A program made the translations under genes and the position numbers. Shown piece by piece: positions 52,309-64,000 of a stretch of 64,000 nt of DNA (position 1 is its first letter; the number at the start of each line of letters is the position of its first letter). The stretch covers positions 310,001 to 374,000 of the forward strand of contig CAJFCJ010000011.1 of assembly GCA_904063045.1 (NCBI GenBank). Reading direction: 5' to 3'. Below the pieces are notes generated by a model, which had not been told where the DNA came from, ran no database searches, and saw nothing but the letters and a program-made list of their open reading frames with translations. Source of the DNA: Dimorphilus gyrociliatus. Its lineage: Eukaryota > Animalia > Annelida.

Positions 52309-55300
52309 TTTTTCCCTTATATTGTTTATTCTCGCAAAACAGCAACTGCAATACCACAAAGTTGTAGGATAATATCCGGCGGGAATGAGTAGTTAAATTA
52401 TGACGCCTCTATACATGCTAGATGGCTATTAAGGCTTTTCAAACTGTAAAATTTTCGGAATAGCAGGTTGCGGTAGTAAACTTAGAACTTGTGTTTTATT
52501 TTTTATCAAGCAGATTTTCCGAAAGTTTTATACATAATTGTTCAATTAATTTTTCATGAGAATTTTTCGAGGCGGTCAGTCCTGCGGGGAAAGTGCTGCA
52601 AAGTTGTTTGTTCTATATTTTCCGCAACGATTTTTTATTAGTTAATACGGAACAACTGCATTGGGAAAATGGCTGATGTATTTGTTATCCTAAGAGCTTT
52701 AGAAATAGCATGTGAATGCTTTAAATCCTTGTCGAAAAACAATTTTGCATTCATTAAAAATTTATCTGTTAACATCAAGAATTACTTGTAATAAAGTATT
52801 GTCCTCTTAATAATATTCTATGCCTCACAGGCTACTAATATCACTGCTCGAATAGCTTATGAATATATTACTGCCTCTCCTCAGTCAATTAATATTTAAT
52901 TATATCCAATGGAGATATAAATCTTATTCCATTAAAACTTACATAGGAAATCAAAAATTAAAACTGTACTCTTTATAAATATTGTTATTTACTTTCGATT
53001 TCGTTATATTAATGCAAAATTGCTTTCAAGCATATTACTCTAAATATACATATTTTTTATAAAGACAATGAGCACTCAAGGAAGAGAGGAGAGATAAATA
53101 GGTAAAAAGACGCACTAGAGGAAGATAGACTGATAGACAAAGATATTAAGAAACAGAGGGAGAGAAAAAGATAGATAGAGAGGGAGAAAACAGAAACAGG
53201 AAGAATAATCGGAACACAAAAAAGGAAGAACACAATTTAATCTATATTTTCAAGACACTAGAGGTTTAGAAAATGTCCAAAGATGTTAAATTACTTTAAA
53301 AATACAAAGGTTCAGAATCCCAATGAAGAAATTAACATTAACGAATATCATTAATTATGGTATTTAAAAATATGAATCTTAATTAGTAACTAACTTACCA
53401 AAGAGAATTTAAGAGAGTAGCTTTATTGATAATATAGATCAATTCTTTTGCTAAGATCTATTACTGAGCTATTGTATAGCAATGCAGAAATAGTCGTCTA
53501 CAGCAGAGAAATCGGGTCTGTACAGCAAATTATTGTACAGTTGTCCAAATATGCTCTTGACAAAAAATGAAATTATGCAACATTAAAAAATTAATCAAAT
53601 ATTATAAAAATACAAAAATAAGCTATAAAAAGCCATTTATAATTCTTATAAGTGCTTTATATGAGAATATATATATATATATAAATGTATAGATTGTATT
53701 TATATACATAAAAACATATTTATATTTATATTGGGAAAGGATTATATAATCAATATTATCTCTATCCAGAGCTATTTGTAATCTTGTTGTTCTATTAATA
53801 AGGGCAACTGCTTTTACTTAAGGCAACTGAAAAAGTTAACTATCATATAACTTGCATGGCACACGAAAGTTTGGAGAAAAAATTGTCATTTATCTAATAA
53901 ACTACCTTATTATAACTATTCATTGACTTCTTGTTGTTTTTTCTACAAGCGGATATACTTCATATAAGTCTAATATAAACTTACTCGAATTTCTTTTAGA
54001 CGAAAGATGCTCCTCGTTAAATTACAGTTTCCGTCCAACAGTGAGAAAGGTAAGGCATCAATTTGATGTCTAATGCAGCTAGTGCATGAATTACAGAGAC
54101 GATAACCGCGCCATCTGGTTGAGTATTATAAACACTGTAATAATTAACGGAAAACGTACATGTGGTAAAGAATGAATAAACTTCTTTATTTACATTTTCT
54201 GTTAAGCCTCTTTCCCCCAAACAATCAATTTAATGAAATTCAATGGATTTTATTTAGTTCAGGTGCTAAAAGTAAGCTTAAGTAAACGTTATTCATTCTT
54301 CTTAAGGAGAAGAAAAGAAGCAATTCGAGAATAAAATCAGTATAAAGAAAAAGAAAAGGACGGGTAGAGAAATACCCAATGAAATTTCTCTGAGTGGTCA
54401 CCAACCGTGATGGGACTGAAAAATTTGAAAGGACGCAATAAACTGTGAGAAAATAATGCTACTCGTGGTAAAAGGTCAAATTTCATCCTACAGATTGTAT
54501 ATCGTTAGTACGAAAGACCTAGAACAGGGAATAACTCTCAAATTATTATTTATAGAAGAATATTATTTCCGTTTTAAGGAGTAATTTGTGAATAAAATCC
54601 AGATTTTGTTCTAGTAGATGTATTTCTATTTTAACTTTTTTACTTTATATTATCGTTAATTGACTAATAGTATTTTTTCAATAATATTACTTTTGAAATG
54701 TAGAAAGGCTCACAGCCATTCATTTCGATCTGTCTACTCTCTTTTTTTCTCTCTCTCACACTCTCTTCCTTTCTTCTTTTCATATGTATCCTAAATTGAA
54801 AAAAAAATGGAGAAAGGGAAGAGAAAAAAATCAATCTTCCCTTTAAAAAAAAGAGACGCCCCGACCAATTACGTACATGCGGTACATAATGAAGACGCAG
54901 AATACGCCGGCGGCCTATCTAAACTTAGAGAGTATCTTGAAATAAAATCCACTTCCATTTACTAAAGCTCTCTTTCCGTTTTAAATTCTATAAAGAGATC
55001 GTTTCACGTCTTTTTCATCATTTTTAATAAGTTTATCATAGGTATTAGGGTTAGCGAGAACTGGAATCTCTTACAGATAATTATGAAAAATGGATATACA
55101 TTGTCTTGATTGATAAGCAGAGTGAGAGAGAGGGGAGTGGGAAGGGAGAAAAAAGAGAGTAAAAACTCTTAATTCAGGTTAAAAAGCAAAAAATTTGCGT
55201 GACAATGTGACAATAAGTTTGTTCTTTAGAAGAACATAAAATTGCGGAAATGGGAAAAGCCAGGCGATTTTTCTCACCGGATTCCACCGCTAATTTCCCT

Positions 55301-55684
55301 AAAATAAGAAAATAAGGACAGTTTGATTATTTCACATCATACGTTTCTTTGAACAAAATTTGGCTAGAGGATAAGAAAAAAATAAACACGAAGCCGAAGC
55401 CAACTAGACAAAAAATTGACAGGATTACTTTAGTTGACTTTTCCTTTCTCTCTTCCTTTCCATTATTTTGTCGTCAAAAAAAAGAAAATTTTCTTTTTTT
55501 TTTATAGATTATCATATAATCATAATAAATAGGCCTAAAGGATAAGACAAGGAAGAGCGTAGCGTTTCTATTTATCATTTTAATTTTCTGTTGTATTTTT
55601 CATATTCAATATATTTTTGTTTGCTAATTAATTGTATACTGTAATGCTTATACTGTATTCATGTTTGTAGTATACACATATACT

Positions 55685-55705
55685 GTATATATACAGTATA
55701 TATAC

Positions 55706-55749
<44 letters not shown>
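55685..55749. repeat. Imperfect (TA)n/TACA microsatellite
   Basis: Seen directly. Confidence 0.9.
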
Positions 55750-55753
<4 letters not shown>

Positions 55754-56372
55754 TTATTTATTTGTATACTGTTCACATCCACATAGGGTTTGACAATCAT
55801 TTCTTCATTTCCTTGGAGATAAATACAAGACATGAAAATCTAAATTCCTTACAGTAATTATATTTGTAGACGTTATATATTTTAAAACAAGAGCGTTTCT
55901 CTGTCTTCTCTTTTTATGCATCATCCATTCTCTCTTCTGCCTTCTCTTTTTTCTCTTTTTCTTTTTTTTTTTTCTTAGTCTTTTATCATCTCTACTATCA
56001 ATAGACTATCAATTGGATTGAAAATAATCATCGATTAAGCACCAACACCAAAAGGAAATATTAAAATATGAAAAAAATAATAATAATTCGTATTTCTTTT
56101 TTCAGATTTAAGATTTTCTGCACAACATCTGCAAATCAATATCCACCAGACATTTAATCTTCAATAATCATGTCTTCAGAGACTTTGTATGTATACATAT
56201 ATAAATATACATACAAGTATACTATCTGTGTTTATACTATATAATCATATACATTTATATTTGTTTCTTATATGTACAATACATAAATCACTATTTATGT
56301 ATTGTTCAGGTTAGTAAATAAATATATATTATATACTTATTGTTATGTTATATATACTTAATGTATATAAAA

Positions 56373-58595
56373 TCAAGTACGCCTACACGTATCACAAGTT
56401 GCACACTGCTGCCACCTATGAGCGCAATAGAAACACTTGTGTAATATATCATCCAATAAGAGATAGGATTGAAGTGTTGCAGGTAGACCCAAATTATTCA
56501 TCTTTACTCTTATTCCAAATCCTAAGCACTGTCTAATTGTCTTTCTGCAAAGTTGCTTCAACGTTCTCACAGGTGGAATGATTAAGTACAAATTCTGAAG
56601 AACTTCATATTCATCTTCTCGTATCCCTTCTGTAGTAATTACATAACCAATTTGCGAAAGTAGGTGAAGTACTTGGACATTCTTTCTTTCTAATGCCAAT
56701 CTAACAATGCTTTTATGCTGCCCATCGCCATCTTGTCTTGCAGGTGTATTAAAATCGTAATTAAACTTTAGCAGATCTGTTTAAATGAATAAGAGAAGAA
56801 TTTTATTTTTAATTATTGAAAAGAATTATTTTTAAAGTTAAAATTAAGAAAATTAATTAGAAAATAGCTAATTTATAATTTATAACATTCCTTTTAACGT
56901 TTCGATTTTGTTGTTAACAACTGCATCATAAATTGGACTTTCCCCAGATGAATTGTACTTATCGACCAGCACTTGACCACTTGTAATTAGCTCGGTAACT
57001 AAATTCGAATAATTCTTACGAATGGCAACGTGTAAAGCAGTATCACCCGTCTTATTGTCACTCGCGTTAACGTTACAACTTGGTACAACCAAGAGGCGAA
57101 CAGCAGCCGCTTTGTTGTTATAATTAACAGCTTCAAATAGAGGAGTGTGACCCCAATGATTCTTCAAATTAACATCGGCGCCGGCCTCGATTAAGGCGCT
57201 CACCAAGGCCTCCGATCCTTGTCTAGCGGCAAAATGAAGAGCCGTATCCATATTCCTATCGCATATATTTAATAGAGCTTTCGCCTTTATAAGTCTCTTT
57301 ACGGCATTCAATTTACCATTTCTTGTCGCTTTCATAAGTGGAGTTTTAGATGTTATATCTTGCGCATTTACATTAACTTTTTGATTAAGTAATACATCTA
57401 AAATATCAACTGCTCCGTCCTCAGCAGCATAATGATTCGGTGTATTTCCAAATGTGTCTCTAGGATCTGGATCAGCCCCAAACGATAATAATTTATGGAA
57501 ACACGCCATTTTATGACGAAGAACCGCAAAGTGGAGGGCTGTTCTCCTTAAGGTTGTAGTGCATTGATGGATGTCACAATTCATATCCTTCAATCAGACA
57601 GAACCAGATTTATAGTTAATGCTTAATAAGCATAATTTATAGATTATTTTAATTTGTATAGTAATTTAACCAAGACCTTTTTAGTAAACTACTTCTTCTA
57701 TACATTTCTATATACTCCATCTTTAGAAAAAGTTAGCAACTTCAATTTAACACTAATCGATTACACGCAATTATTTTCATTCAAAACAGAAAATAATCTC
57801 CTTTTTCCAAGTTTTCTTAGAGTTGGTTTATTTTTTTTTTAAAAAAAAGAAGCTTTTTTTTATTAGCCTCTTTCGTAATTATAGAGATACGAGTATTTCT
57901 GACATTTACTCGACGAAGAAAATAAGCCTATCCTTTATATTTTTGCTGTCTAATACAAATAATCACAATTTAGATATCAATTTATAACTAATTAATCAGT
58001 TAGAAAAGATAGAAGAGAAATGTGTTACTTTTTTTTTTACTGAGATTAAATTTAAAAACTATTTATATATTGTAAAGACACTATCGTCATAGAGTATATA
58101 TATATATATATATATATACAGTATCTATACATAAGGTACATACATGAGAAACATATTGTATATGGTATATATTCATTGTACTCTAGAAAGCATCCTTTTT
58201 CTTTTTAGCTTAAAAGGATTTATATAAATATAAAAATAATTTATATGCTTCCTTTTATAAAATAATAAAAAAAAAAGTAATATTATTTTAGAAATAGACA
58301 GTATTTATAAATTATGATGTTATATTAATCATATACTTGTATATATATATAAGAATAAAGACTATAAAATATATAAATCTTGTCCTGCCTTTAAATACTG
58401 CAACATTCCAGTGTAACCTTTGTAGGCTACCAAATGAATTGGGCTCAAATCCAAATGGTTTTTCTTCCTGACATGAGCAAATTTAGCATCCAAATCTATC
58501 TTGTTCTGCTCCACCAATGTTTCCAATCGAGCTAAATCATTATTAACAACGCAATCGTAAAATTCTAAACCCCACCCAGGAGTTCTATTCGACAT
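56373..58595 (-). CDS. Ankyrin repeat and SOCS box protein, multi-exon
   Basis: Ankyrin repeats (TALHFAV, TPNHYAA, TPLMKAT, TALHFAA, TPLFEAV, TALHVAI); SOCS box VRTLKQLCRKTIR...LGLPATLQSYLL. Confidence 0.88.
58095..58118. repeat. (TA)12 microsatellite
   Basis: Seen directly. Confidence 0.9.
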
Positions 58596-61500
58596 TTTGT
58601 TGTTGTGTGAAAGTGTTCGCTGACGGTCACGTGGGTTGTTTGCCAAGCAACCATATTGATTCGTATACGTAATTACTCGATCTTTATTCACTAAACATCT
58701 GACCAGTTTCTAATTTGTAAAATCAGACTTATACGGAAGGAAGTTGCTTTGTCACAGGAAAAAAAAATACAAAATCCCTCAAATCTTTGCTTAAAATCAC
58801 GAGGAGCAAACAAAAGAAAAAGAAAACAACTAGTGGAACAATTACAAATGACAAACAAATTTTAGTTACTCTTCTTCGGTTTAGGAGATAATTTCTCATC
58901 ATTTTTCTAAAATAGTTCCACCTACTCAGTTATAAATCTGTCCTAATAAAATATAAATTAAATATCTCCTGAATATTTATAGAAATTCTAAAGTAAATGA
59001 AATAGAAGAATAAATTTCATCTCCATTCTTTTTTAACTAGTTTCTTTAATGAGAAAGAAATGATTTATACTTAATTTATTTTAACAAAGATGGAAGCTTA
59101 CAATATACTGCTGTATTAATTACTTTATATTTCACATTTACAAGACTTTATCTTTGTAGAAATTTATTTCTCAATCCATTTTGAAATTAATAATGATGCA
59201 ATTAATTTTTATATATATATACAGAAAAATCTATGCAACTTATCAACTTTTCCTCTCTGATGAATATGTATAATTACTACCAGCGTTTTTTTTTATCTAA
59301 AAAACAAAAAAAGAAAGAAAAAAAGAACACATAGATTCTTTTATCTTTTCCTTTTTATCATATGGTATGTAGCGTACATTTTCTTTTTTTGGATAGACTC
59401 AACTATCATAAAAACTTATCTTTTTGTTCTATTTTTTTTTATCTGTCTCTCGTCTCTCTCCCATTCTACCCCCTTCCTTTTATATACAAGTATATTGAAA
59501 TAGGAAAGTTATAACAAATTAACTAGCACTAAAATTTTCAGATCTTCTTATATCGTCCTTTATATTATTTGTAAAATGGATAAGGTATATATAAAGCAAA
59601 ATAATATAATAACGTTACCTCTATTCGATTTCTTAGAATTTCTTGTTTAAAAGATTTATTTATATATAATAATCTATCTAATACAGCAATAGTTCTTACT
59701 GGAACAAATAATTAAAGACTGTAATCTATTACAGGATTCTACTGTATAGGGTTATTTAAATAAATACCAATAAAATTCTCATGTAATGTTTATTAATAAA
59801 TTCAAATCAAAGGTAAAAGTATTGGTTATATTTTTTATCAGTCCGATTACTAAGTGTTGTGGCAAAATGTTTCTACTTGATAAGAAAAAAAAGACGATGA
59901 TAGATGGGCGTGCATTTAATCTATTTAATTTAATAATCCATCAAAAGCATCTCTTTGTGCTTATAATCTATAACCTGCAAGCTATTTTGTAATATAATAA
60001 CCTAAAAAGTTTAAAATTATATAAACTTTAATAGGAAAAGAAGAATAAAATAATTTCAAATATAAAAATTCCATGTTCTCTTGAAACATCAACTGTTTTA
60101 TAAAAAGAGAAGAGGAGTTCGTGTTAAAAAAAAGACCATATAATTAATCGATTTATTTCCTGCCGAAAATCAATTTACCACAAAACCAACTGACAGGAAA
60201 CGTTTCTAAGAAGACAAGCGAACAGACTAAAAGATCTAACTGAAGTATTTGCTTACGAATATCAGGGGAAAGATAAAAATAAAAGAAGATAGTAGACTAG
60301 ATGAAGAATGCATTGGGAGAAACAATTAATTCGTTTAATTATTTCAATTTGTCCGTTTGGTGTGTAATACTAAAAATAGTAATTGAATAATAATTCAACT
60401 GCCATGTACGAAGACAGTCTTCTAAAACGAAAAAAGTAGGCGTTAAGTAGGTTGGATGAGTGTAGGCGTTAAAGAAGATTAGTTTTGAGTAAAGATGTTC
60501 TACTCATTTCTCTCTCTTTTTTTTTTTATTTCCATCTTGACTATAAATGTATAGATTTTTAATTATTAATAAAACATCAAAAATTTCCAAAATAAAGCAT
60601 AAATCACGGTGTACTTCCTTGAAGAATGGAAAAGTAATAGAAGCATATTAATTAGAGTAGTACCAATTACCTATCAATTACCATTTACAAAAAAATCTAC
60701 ATTATATTTTGGCCTATAAAGAATTGAATAGTAATTAAAAAATAACATAAAACATTAAGACGTACATATCATTTTCATACTAATATCTAATTTTTCGTAA
60801 ACTTAACAGATGGCAGACGTTGTCTAAGGAGAACGGTAGCATCCATCTACAATTTACAAACCGAATTTTATTGTATAAATGAATCAAAGAGGCTGAGAAA
60901 ATTGGAGGAGGAGGAGGAGAGAAGGATTGTAAACACGTGAAAGAGAAAGAAAGAGAGAAAGAGAGAGGGAAAGGGATCGCAAAAAAAAATCTTTAATTTA
61001 TGAAAATTAAATGAAATTTATTTATAAAGTGTTAAAACGGAATTTTTAGCTTTGCTTTATAAACACTTTTGAAAGTGTTAACTATATCATTAATTTTAAG
61101 AGAAAGGTGTTTCAAACAGTTTAAAATACTCATTATACCTTATAAAAAAACGTTTGAATTCGTTTAATGACGGATAAACTTTCAAAGTTGTCAAAGATAT
61201 CCTTTGATAAATGGTCATTTAATGTTAAATATATTACCATCACCATCATACGTTCTACTTAAAATTACAAATTAGAACCATTAATATCCTATTAGTTATA
61301 TAAAGTTATAAAATCTTTTCAACTAGTTATATAACAGTGTCAGGAGGAAAATGAGTTCAATTGAGAGGCTAAAAAAGGAAAGATTTTAATTCTGGCAAAG
61401 AGATATGTTTATCTAAGGATTTAAATGTTTATCCTACTTTCCCTTTTTATAATTGTCCTTTCTAATAGTTCAGATGTTGAATATAAAGAAAAATAGTAAT

Positions 61501-61857
61501 CAATTTTATTTATTTAAACTGCGGAAGTAAGAATTATTCGTTAATATAGGCATTCAGTTAGAAATAATCAGATTTTCTATGAAATATTAATTCTTGGATT
61601 ATTATGTTTATCATTGAATATTTGGACAAAAAATATAAAGTAAAATTTTTTGTGTTATTATTTTGCTGCATTATTTACAGCTTTTCCTATTATCAATTAA
61701 ATTTCGAAATAAATGAACAATACGACCTAATTTATTGAGTAGTTTTTAAAATTTTGATAAAAAGTAATTTAATATATAAAAATTATTTTTATTCTCTTGA
61801 AAATTAAAAATATATTTAAATAAATTTAAGCTTTCTTTAAAAGGTAACTTATAAATA

Positions 61858-61897
61858 TTCCGGAAGTTGGTTGCATATGAGGTAGTGCGCCTGCGCA
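61858..61897 (+). promoter_or_regulatory. ETS-like (CCGGAAGT) and NRF1-like (TGCGCCTGCGCA) sites upstream of Rheb
   Basis: GC-rich consensus matches in an AT-rich background, 125-160 bp before the Rheb ATG. Confidence 0.55.
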
Positions 61898-62020
61898 TAC
61901 GAAAATAAGATTCATTTTCAGATAGAAAACGAGACGTAAACAAGTTTTTTTTAAAAAAAGATCGCAAGAGCGAAACATAGCCTCGATAAACACTATTTCC
62001 TGTCTATCTATGCTCACAAA

Positions 62021-63263
62021 ATGCCACATCGGTTAAGAAGAGTCGTTATTTTGGGTTTTAGGAGCGTTGGTAAGTTATATTGTCATGTTTTAGTGATAAA
62101 GCATGTTTGTTTACTAGTTTATTGAACTTTAGCAACGTTCAACTAGACAAAATGATTAGCTACGAGAATATTCTGTTTTATTTTTTACTAGACATAATTA
62201 AGTTTTATTGACTGAAAATATTTAATAAATTTGTGCATATTTTAGTAAAAATTCAATTCTTTTATCCATCCCTTAGGAAAGTCTTCCTTAACCATACAAT
62301 TTGTCGAAAATCATTTTGTGGACAACTACAATCCGACCATTGAGAACACTTTTGATAAAGTGATTTCTCACAAAAATGTCGAATATAGATTAGATATTGT
62401 TGATACTGCTGGTCAAGATGAATACTCCATTTGCCCGCAGGCTTATACAATGAACATAGACGGATATGTTCTCGTGTTTTCGCTAACATCCAGAAAAAGT
62501 TTCGAAGTCGTCAAAGTCATTTATGAGAAACTACTAGATCAGACAGGAAAGAAAACATTACCGCTTATCTTGGTTGCCAACAAAAGCGATTTGGCAAGTG
62601 AAAGACAAGTTCAACCCAACGAAGGAAGAGCTTTGGCAAACGAATGGAAGGTGAACTTTATCGAGGCTTCTGCGAAAGACAATAAAGTGAGTTCATATAT
62701 TTAATAGTAAACGGAAGTAGCCTAGACAGGATGGGACTCTGAAAAGAGGCATCTGTCTTTAACATTCTATTCCACTAAGAATGCATGCACAATTTAAACA
62801 GAAACCCATTCCATATAATTCAAAATAGAATAGGTTTTTATATTTGTTAACGAAAACTCTCGTGTTTCTTTTATAGAAATCGAATAGATGCTTAAATTTA
62901 CATTGTAAACAATAGACTTCCCTATTAAAAATGTATCTTTTATAAGAAACAATTTACATTATAACTGCTATAATAAGAGAGTAGTATAACCTTTTAAGAC
63001 TATTCTACCATTGTAATACACATTTACATACTTCTAACGATAGAGAATACTAACAAATTTTTTTATTAATACTATAACTAATTCTATTTACTCATTCTTC
63101 TGCTAAGATAAATAAAGTCATTGGGGAAACTATAGTATTAATCATTATTTTTTCTTTTTTTTTTATTCTTCAGAATGTCAAAAATATATTTCAATCAATT
63201 TTGGACGATATGGACAAATCTGAGGGAAATTCTTCTGACAAACCCAGTTGCAATGTTATGTAA
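62021..63263 (+). CDS. RHEB: Rheb small GTPase, three exons
   Basis: [50 protein letters not shown]; CAAX end CNVM*. Confidence 0.95.
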
Positions 63264-63651
63264 AAAATAAACTGTTACCACTTGTTAAAGGACTTTATAT
63301 ATGTTTAATAGTTAATAACGTTACATTGAATATTCAGGTACCTATGCTATTCTATAATTTTTCTTGAAGCATGCTAGTTTAAATTTTTTTTTTCTTTTTC
63401 ATTATATCCAGTCATTATTCATTTATAATAAACAATCATTAATTTATCAATTTTGGTTGCATTATAGAATTACGATCAGTTAGGAAAAATTATGAAATTG
63501 TAAATAGACTGTGGCGACATCTATTCCAAACTCGAGAAAAATATTCGTTTATAACGCATATCAAAGTGAAGGTCATCGAAGCTCGTGGAGATTTTCGTGA
63601 AAACCTCGGCAGATTCACTTACTCTATTAATCAATATTGAAAATATTCATC

Positions 63652-63948
63652 ATGTGGACGAGGCTAATACAAACTTTTAATACTGTTAGACCTTTTTTTG
63701 TTCAATCTCGCTACTTCAGCCTGTTAGAACAACACTGGCTCCGTAAACCGAATAAGATTTTATTGCAACCTTCTAATTATATGTTACAATTACAAAACGA
63801 GTATAAAGTCAAAGTTGCTCTAAGAAAACGATGTAAACAATGCTACATGGTTATGAGGAAAAATAGATGGTACGTAGAATGTAAAGCGAAGCCTAGACAT
63901 AAACAGATGCAAAAGCTCGATAAAAAAGATGTTTGGAAGGAAGATTAA
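63652..63948 (+). CDS. MRPL36: Mitochondrial ribosomal protein L36 (bL36m)
   Basis: [37 protein letters not shown]; ATG at 63652 preferred to the TTG start in the ORF track. Confidence 0.9.
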   Translation: MWTRLIQTFNTVRPFFVQSRYFSLLEQHWLRKPNKILLQPSNYMLQLQNEYKVKVALRKRCKQCYMVMRKNRWYVECKAKPRHKQMQKLDKKDVWKED

Positions 63949-64000
63949 AGGAACATTTAATTATTATGCAAAAAATTTTTCGATTGTACCATCTTTGGTA

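Noticed and set aside
52669-52791. 40-codon ORF MADVFVILRALEIACECF... with good start context
   Set aside because: No recognisable motif or convincing exon partners; cannot be supported without expression data.
54017-54220. 67 aa minus-strand ORF and a possible plus-strand micro-exon at 54000-54050
   Set aside because: Non-ATG start, no domain, and no linked exons found.
60436-60472. GTAGGCGTTAA direct repeat
   Set aside because: Two short copies only; cannot be distinguished from chance or a simple TF-site pair.
61197-61205. ATATCCTTT, a U12-type 5' splice-site consensus
   Set aside because: Intergenic, with no flanking exon or matching branch site and AC acceptor.
61878-61886. TGAGGTAGT, matching the let-7 5' end
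   Set aside because: The match stops after 9 nt, there is no precursor hairpin, and it overlaps an NRF1-like promoter site.

Overview
AT-rich, very gene-dense animal (eukaryotic) DNA; most introns are about 40-70 nt GT-AG. The compactness and gene set suggest a miniaturised invertebrate genome such as the annelid Dimorphilus gyrociliatus, but this is inference only. About 22 protein genes are supported: four intronless paralogous (RING)/coiled-coil/beta-propeller genes, a multi-F-type-lectin gene, UCHL5, PRORP, MRPL11, a 17-finger C2H2 gene, a C6orf118-like gene, an unknown gene, a GT61 glycosyltransferase, an ODF3/SHIPPO protein, a C/EBP-like bZIP, a SUEL-lectin membrane protein, two tandem EHHADH paralogues, NSUN2, MAP10, HDAC11, a CUB-CUB-LDLa (Neto-like) protein, an ankyrin-SOCS protein, Rheb and MRPL36. 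There is also an intron-containing tRNA-Arg(TCT). The most striking feature is at 19.7-22.6 kb: eight copies of an about 85-95 nt structured element in two sequence classes. The copies have covarying stems rich in G-U pairs, invariant loop motifs, oligo-T ends and upstream motifs at fixed spacing (TTRCRYAAT at about -55, TATA-like at about -30). This reads as a cluster of RNA polymerase III small-RNA genes (Y-RNA/sbRNA/vault-like architecture) that I cannot assign to a known family; part of it lies in an about 750 bp near-perfect inverted duplication. Other oddities: the UCHL5 and PRORP stop codons abut with no intervening base, and the EHHADH paralogues show complementary loss of dehydrogenase motifs while both keep a C-terminal SKL. 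All gene models were spliced by eye and no database search was run.
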